A DNA stretch of 10,765 nt from Candidatus Altiarchaeales archaeon IMC4 (GTDB lineage: Archaea > Altiarchaeota > Altiarchaeia > IMC4), in NCBI GenBank assembly GCA_001742785.1, contig MCBF01000001.1:345571-356335 (forward strand), written 5' to 3'. A program made the position numbers and the translations under genes. The notes beneath the pieces are model-generated. The model did no database searches. It had not been told where the DNA came from and saw only the letters and a list, made by a program, of their open reading frames with translations. This document shows, in pieces, positions 7,010 to 10,765 of this stretch (positions are counted from its first letter, which is position 1; the number at the start of each line of letters is the position of its first letter).

Positions 7010-8472
7010 ATTGCCATCTCATTTATGCTCTCGCCTTCTATAACCGCCCTGCACAAGCTGTCAGTCAGCCCTCTTGCGGAGTCTATTTTCCGGCGCCGCC
7101 CAACGAGGAGCTGCTCATGGTCGCTAAGCTTCGCCGACAACAGGGCTGCCATCCTGCACACTTCGTCTTTTGATGTGCCGCCGACGCTGTTATGAGCGTC
7201 CATTGCATTTTTTGCGTCAAGTATCCCCATGTCGTATATCGAAACATTTACGCCCTGTTTTTTGAGCAGGCCCGCGACATCCTCGATACATTCGAAGCCC
7301 TTTTTTGATTCTATGAGTTCACCCACGACCTTTTTTACTGTCGCATGGGCCTTCCTGAACGGCATCTTTTTCTCCCTTACAAGAAAGTCCGCAAGTTCCG
7401 TGGCGCAGGCAAAGTCTCCTCCTGCAAGCTCCGCTGCGCGCTCTTCGTTTACCGTCATCTTGGATATCATCTGCCCGAGCATGTCGGCCGAAGACTCCAC
7501 AGTATCAAATGCCCTAAAGAGCGGCCCCTTGACCTCCTGCAGGTCCCTGCTGTAGCCGTGGGGTATCCCCTTCGATATGGTCAGAACGTGAATGAGGTTC
7601 CCGTATACCTCCCCGGTTTTTCCGCGTATTACCTCTGCTATGTCGGGGTTGCGCTTTTGGGGCATTATACTGCTTCCGGTTACGTGCGACTTGTGCAGGG
7701 AAACCATACCAAACTCATGGGTCGTAAGGAGGACGAGGTCGTTCGCAAGCCGCGAGAGGTTTGACATGAAGATTGCCATGCACGAGAGCACCTCTGCGAC
7801 AAAATCCCTCGAACTCGTAACGTCTAAAGCGTGCTCGTGTACCGCGTCAAAGCCCAGAAGCTGCGACGTCATCTCTCTGTCTATCGGAAAGGACGTGCCG
7901 CTCAATGCGCAGGCGCCAAGGGGGTTCGTATTAATCCTCGCGTAGGCTTCACCCAGCCGTTCAATATCCCTTATGAACATGCTGGCATAGCCGCTCCCCC
8001 AGAAACCAAAACTTATCGGCTGTGCATGCTGTGTATGGGTGTAGCCCGGCATGACGGTTGCCGCGTGTTTTCCTGCGGTCTTCAGAAGCTCCTGGCAGAG
8101 CGAAATCATGGATTCGAGAAGATCAAGAACCCTCTCGCGTGAGTACATCTTCGTATCGACAAGAACCTGGTCGTTGCGGCTTCGCGCAGTATGGAGTTTC
8201 CCGCCGTATTCAATGCCAGCGCCGCAGGTTATGTACTTCTCGACGTTCATGTGGATGTCTTCGGCATCCTTGTCCAGTTTGAATTTTCCCGCGCGGTAGT
8301 CCTCAAGCGCCTTTTCAAGCCAGGAGAGGATTTGCCTTAAATCATCACTGGAAATAATTTTCTGTCTGGCGAGCATTATCGCGTGCGCCTTGTTGCCCCA
8401 TATATCCTCTTCGAGCATAAGCCTGTCTATTTCTGTCGAATCAAGATAATCGCTTACTGTTTTTTTAGCCAT
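7006..8472 (-). CDS. argH: Argininosuccinate lyase
   Basis: EDIHMNVE, GGKLHTARSRNDQV, MPGYTHTQHAQP, NPLGACALSGT, GSSIMPQKRNPD, GYSRDLQE, ATELADFLVR and PFRKAH. Confidence 0.96.
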   Translation of the reverse strand: MAKKTVSDYLDSTEIDRLMLEEDIWGNKAHAIMLARQKIISSDDLRQILSWLEKALEDYRAGKFKLDKDAEDIHMNVEKYITCGAGIEYGGKLHTARSRNDQVLVDTKMYSRERVLDLLESMISLCQELLKTAGKHAATVMPGYTHTQHAQPISFGFWGSGYASMFIRDIERLGEAYARINTNPLGACALSGTSFPIDREMTSQLLGFDAVHEHALDVTSSRDFVAEVLSCMAIFMSNLSRLANDLVLLTTHEFGMVSLHKSHVTGSSIMPQKRNPDIAEVIRGKTGEVYGNLIHVLTISKGIPHGYSRDLQEVKGPLFRAFDTVESSADMLGQMISKMTVNEERAAELAGGDFACATELADFLVREKKMPFRKAHATVKKVVGELIESKKGFECIEDVAGLLKKQGVNVSIYDMGILDAKNAMDAHNSVGGTSKDEVCRMAALLSAKLSDHEQLLVGRRRKIDSARGLTDSLCRAVIEGESINEMAI

Positions 8473-8499
8473 CCTCTTAGATTATTATTCTAGTCCGTA

Positions 8500-8507
8500 T
8501 TATAAAA
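8500..8507 (-). promoter_or_regulatory. Candidate TATA box for argH
   Basis: The minus strand reads TTTTATAA about 28-35 nt upstream of the argH ATG. Confidence 0.45.
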
Positions 8508-8520
8508 TATAGGAATACTT

Positions 8521-8672
8521 TATAATTGGACACAAATTCGCCTATTTGCGATTTTATCGCAAATTCTTGAAACTGCATAAGCGTTTGCCCTTGGTGGCAA
8601 ACGGTATCCCGAAATTGCAAAGCAATTTCGTGGAAAGCAGTTTCCAGATGCAAATTTCTTGTAGTCCTTATA
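8521..8672. repeat. Nested multi-branch palindromic element in the divergent intergenic region
   Basis: Hairpins at 8544-8564 (9 bp), 8582-8603 (8 bp) and 8610-8630 (9 bp). GAAACTGC/GCAGTTTC (8569-8576/8637-8644) closes the last two. An imperfect outer stem runs GGACACAAATTCGC (8528-8541) to GCAAATTTCTTGTAGTCC (8650-8667). Confidence 0.8.
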
Positions 8673-8681
8673 TATTTGAAA

Positions 8682-9074
8682 ATGCAATACGCAGGTCTGG
8701 CAGGGACGATATTCCTCGAGGTGCAAGGCACGGATTCCAAGCTGGTTGAAACCACCATGGACCTGGCAATAAGCGGGATAAAAAAGGAGGATTCTGTGGA
8801 AGTCAAAAAAACAGAGCGCTACGAGGTCGAGGAAGAGGACGGGGTCTACTCGACTGCCTGCGAGGTTGAGCTGGAGGGAAACCTGCACGCCTTTTTCAAG
8901 ATATCGCTGAAATACACGCCGTCATCATTTGAGATACACCGGCCGGATGAGATAACCATTGACCTTGAACAGGCGCACGAGATACTGGCTGACATTTGCC
9001 TTGCAAGCCAACAGCTGCACTCCAAACTCATTTCGCTCATAAAACAGGGCAGGAAACCGATGGAAAATGAGTGA
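8682..9074 (+). CDS. Uncharacterised archaeal protein (paralogue 1 of a tandem pair)
   Basis: Open frame (ATG 8682; the track uses TTG 8676) containing KYTPSSFEIHRPDEITI, similar to the next gene. The exact start is uncertain. Confidence 0.8.
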   Translation: MQYAGLAGTIFLEVQGTDSKLVETTMDLAISGIKKEDSVEVKKTERYEVEEEDGVYSTACEVELEGNLHAFFKISLKYTPSSFEIHRPDEITIDLEQAHEILADICLASQQLHSKLISLIKQGRKPMENE

Positions 9075-9531
9075 AAAGGCAGTTATAGAAAAAACGTTCA
9101 ATGAAGACCTGCATGTGGACGATGAAGTTTCTCAAGGCAAAATACTCTGCCAGATATACCTCAAGGTGGAATCTGACGAAGATGCCCTTGAAAACGCCGT
9201 CGACAGCATCGTCGTGGAGCCCTTCACTATGGACAGCAACATAGACCTTCTTGAAGTGAAGGTGCATGAGATTGAGAAAGGGGATAAATTTCTCGGCGTG
9301 GTGGAAACAAAGATGCTTGTCAGGGATTTCAGGACCTTGGCGGCCGTGGTGATGGGGTACGGCCCTGTGGCGGTGAGGATAGTAAAGCCAGAGAGGATAA
9401 ACATCACAATCGACCAGTTGCACTCCATGCTGGTGGAGATAAGCGAGATGAGCCAGAACCTTTCAAACCAGATAACATCGATGCTCACGGACACGGAGAG
9501 GCGAAAGATGTATTCCGGGCTGAAAAAATAA
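9067..9531 (+). CDS. Uncharacterised archaeal protein (paralogue 2 of a tandem pair)
   Basis: Overlaps the previous gene by 8 nt. GYGPVAVRIVKPERINI and QLHSMLVEISEMSQNL align with paralogue 1. Confidence 0.82.
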   Translation: MSEKAVIEKTFNEDLHVDDEVSQGKILCQIYLKVESDEDALENAVDSIVVEPFTMDSNIDLLEVKVHEIEKGDKFLGVVETKMLVRDFRTLAAVVMGYGPVAVRIVKPERINITIDQLHSMLVEISEMSQNLSNQITSMLTDTERRKMYSGLKK

Positions 9532-9547
9532 AGACATATTTACACAA

Positions 9548-9554
9548 GGGGTGA
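9548..9554 (+). promoter_or_regulatory. Shine-Dalgarno-like site
   Basis: GGGGTGA ends 9 nt before the ATG at 9564 and resembles the archaeal GGAGGTGA. Confidence 0.6.
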
Positions 9555-9563
9555 TATGTAACC

Positions 9564-10592
9564 ATGCACAAAAAAGTTCAGGCAATTTTGCTGGTTTTGT
9601 TTATGGTTGCGGCAAGTGCCGTTGTTTCGGGAGACGCGGCAACCATAAAAAGCATCACGGTTAGCATAGACCGAAGCGGCTATGTTACCGGAAGCGAGGT
9701 AATCTCCTTTGATGGCGATAACGGGACAGTTCTGCTTCCGGCGGGGTCCCAGATAGTTTCGGTTCTGTCATCGGGCATCCAAGCGCCATATTCTACAGAA
9801 GAACGCGGGAACGCAACGGCACTAACTGTTCTTCAGGCGGAGGGCAAGAGCGTGGTGGTAAATTACACCAGCAAGGTTCTCACGAGCAAGCACGGCAGTG
9901 AATGGACACTAAAAATGTACTCGGCTACGACAAAGTACAATACCATCGTAAAATTAGACCTCCCCGAAAAAACAGACATAATCTCGTGGGAACCAACGAC
10001 GTTGTTCACGCCGATGGAACACGGGATATGGCTTTATCCGGAGACCGAAGAATTCGATCTCGAGCTTAAATACCGACTGAACGACGACATTATTATAAAA
10101 CCCCCCGAGCCGGGTTTGTTGGAAAAATTTCTACTATATGTAAAAGAAAACGCAGGCGTGATTGTAATCACATTTCTTGCGACGTTTGTCCTTGCCGGGA
10201 TATGGTACACAATAAACAAGAGGCGGAAGGGTTATGTAACAAAGGATGCCCTATCAGAGATGATCGATGAGAAAATTTCCGAAAAAACCAAAGGCCCCAC
10301 ACAACCTGAGAAAGAAAAAGAGGATTCAGCCGCCGAAAAACCGGAAGGTACCGGCTCCAAAAAAGTGAAGGAATCAGTAATGAACGTGCTTGAGGACAAT
10401 GAACGGCTGGTGGTTGAGATGATAATTAATGCCCGCTACGACGTTACGCAGTCGGACATATCAAATGAGACAGGGCTGCCCAAAGCCACGCTTTCGGACA
10501 TAATGAGCCGCCTGGAGCGCCGGAACGTAATAGAACGGGAGATAGATGGCAGAAGGAAGTGGGTTCGGCTTAAAAACTGGGTTTTTGAGTAA
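9564..10592 (+). CDS. Membrane-anchored protein with an extracellular beta domain and a C-terminal winged HTH (COG2512-like)
   Basis: N-terminal signal peptide, a beta-rich domain with NGT/NAT/NYT sequons, one TM helix (GVIVITFLATFVLAGIWY) followed by KRRK, a charged linker, then LEDNERLVV..VTQSDISNETGLPKATLSDIMSRLERRNVIER...GRRKWVRL. Confidence 0.85.
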   Translation: MHKKVQAILLVLFMVAASAVVSGDAATIKSITVSIDRSGYVTGSEVISFDGDNGTVLLPAGSQIVSVLSSGIQAPYSTEERGNATALTVLQAEGKSVVVNYTSKVLTSKHGSEWTLKMYSATTKYNTIVKLDLPEKTDIISWEPTTLFTPMEHGIWLYPETEEFDLELKYRLNDDIIIKPPEPGLLEKFLLYVKENAGVIVITFLATFVLAGIWYTINKRRKGYVTKDALSEMIDEKISEKTKGPTQPEKEKEDSAAEKPEGTGSKKVKESVMNVLEDNERLVVEMIINARYDVTQSDISNETGLPKATLSDIMSRLERRNVIEREIDGRRKWVRLKNWVFE

Positions 10593-10594
10593 AA

Positions 10595-10630
10595 ATAGCC
10601 CTTTTCTTTTCCCGAAAAGAAAAGGTCTAT
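10595..10630. terminator. Hairpin directly after the wHTH gene stop; possible terminator or 3'-end structure
   Basis: ATAGcCCTTTTCTTTT-cccg-AAAAGAAAAGGtCTAT. The left arm is also an oligo-T tract of the kind used in archaeal termination. Confidence 0.5.
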
Positions 10631-10765
10631 CCTCGTGGATCGGAGATTCACGGGACAGGAAAATCACAGAGGTGATTTTGTGTCCCACGAATCAACAGAT
10701 TCGTGTGGAACCAAAAGTGCACGGCACTTTTGCGTTCCCGAAACTCAAAAGAGTTTCGAGGACAC
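10630..10765. repeat. Tandem array of alternating hairpin modules (A-B-A-B-A-start of B), period ~53 nt, truncated by the window end
   Basis: A hairpins at 10634-10652, 10686-10705 and 10739-10758. B hairpins at 10653-10685 and 10707-10738. GGA junctions at 10653, 10707 and 10760. Confidence 0.85.

Noticed and set aside
5957..8299. Plus-strand ORFs opposite the RHH, LTD and argH genes (e.g. 6351-6890, 6707-7195)
   Set aside because: The minus-strand frames carry the recognisable domains, so these are antisense shadows.
8477..8888. ORFs 8477-8806 (-), 8520-8888 (-) and 8546-8749 (+)
   Set aside because: They cross the palindromic intergenic element and overlap the better-supported gene at 8682-9074, and show no recognisable motifs.
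10436..10688. Minus-strand ORFs 10436-10651 and 10461-10688
   Set aside because: They are short, start within the hairpin array and overlap the wHTH coding region antisense.
10630..10709. tRNA-like cloverleaf
   Set aside because: Three hairpins can be closed by TCC/GGA, but there is no 7-bp acceptor stem, GTTCRA T-loop, D-loop or 7-nt anticodon loop.
10630..10765. CRISPR array interpretation of the periodic region
   Set aside because: There is no identical direct repeat, both alternating modules are palindromic, and there are no cas genes in the window.
8521..10765. Integron attC sites
   Set aside because: The unpaired bases are reminiscent, but the RYYYAAC/GTTRRRY ends are missing, there is no integrase, and the flanking genes are housekeeping rather than cassettes.

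Overview
Archaeal chromosomal window of mostly housekeeping genes, with GC-moderate coding DNA and AT-rich spacers. On the + strand: the 3' end of a probable COG1373/DUF4143-type ATPase, stand-alone Bud32 kinase, purP, an internally duplicated hypothetical protein, DUF167, archaeal dnaG, a Zn-ribbon protein and purF. On the - strand: argH, a Cys-rich lamin-tail-domain lipoprotein and a small RHH-like protein. Back on +: two overlapping paralogous hypothetical genes and a membrane-anchored wHTH protein. The most unusual signal is non-coding. The four largest intergenic gaps (2335-2394, 2792-2957, 8521-8672, 10595-end) all contain strong inverted repeats. Three of them reuse two hairpin modules whose stems differ in sequence but keep their pairing: A = TCC-stem-loop-N-GGA with one unpaired base, and B = GGACA-AAAA..loop..TTTT-TGTC. 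At the right edge these modules alternate with a ~53-nt period and run off the window. This looks like an undescribed REP/BIME-like or structured-RNA repeat family. No transposase, integrase, cas gene, tRNA or rRNA was seen. All calls come from reading the sequence by eye; no searches or folding programs were run.
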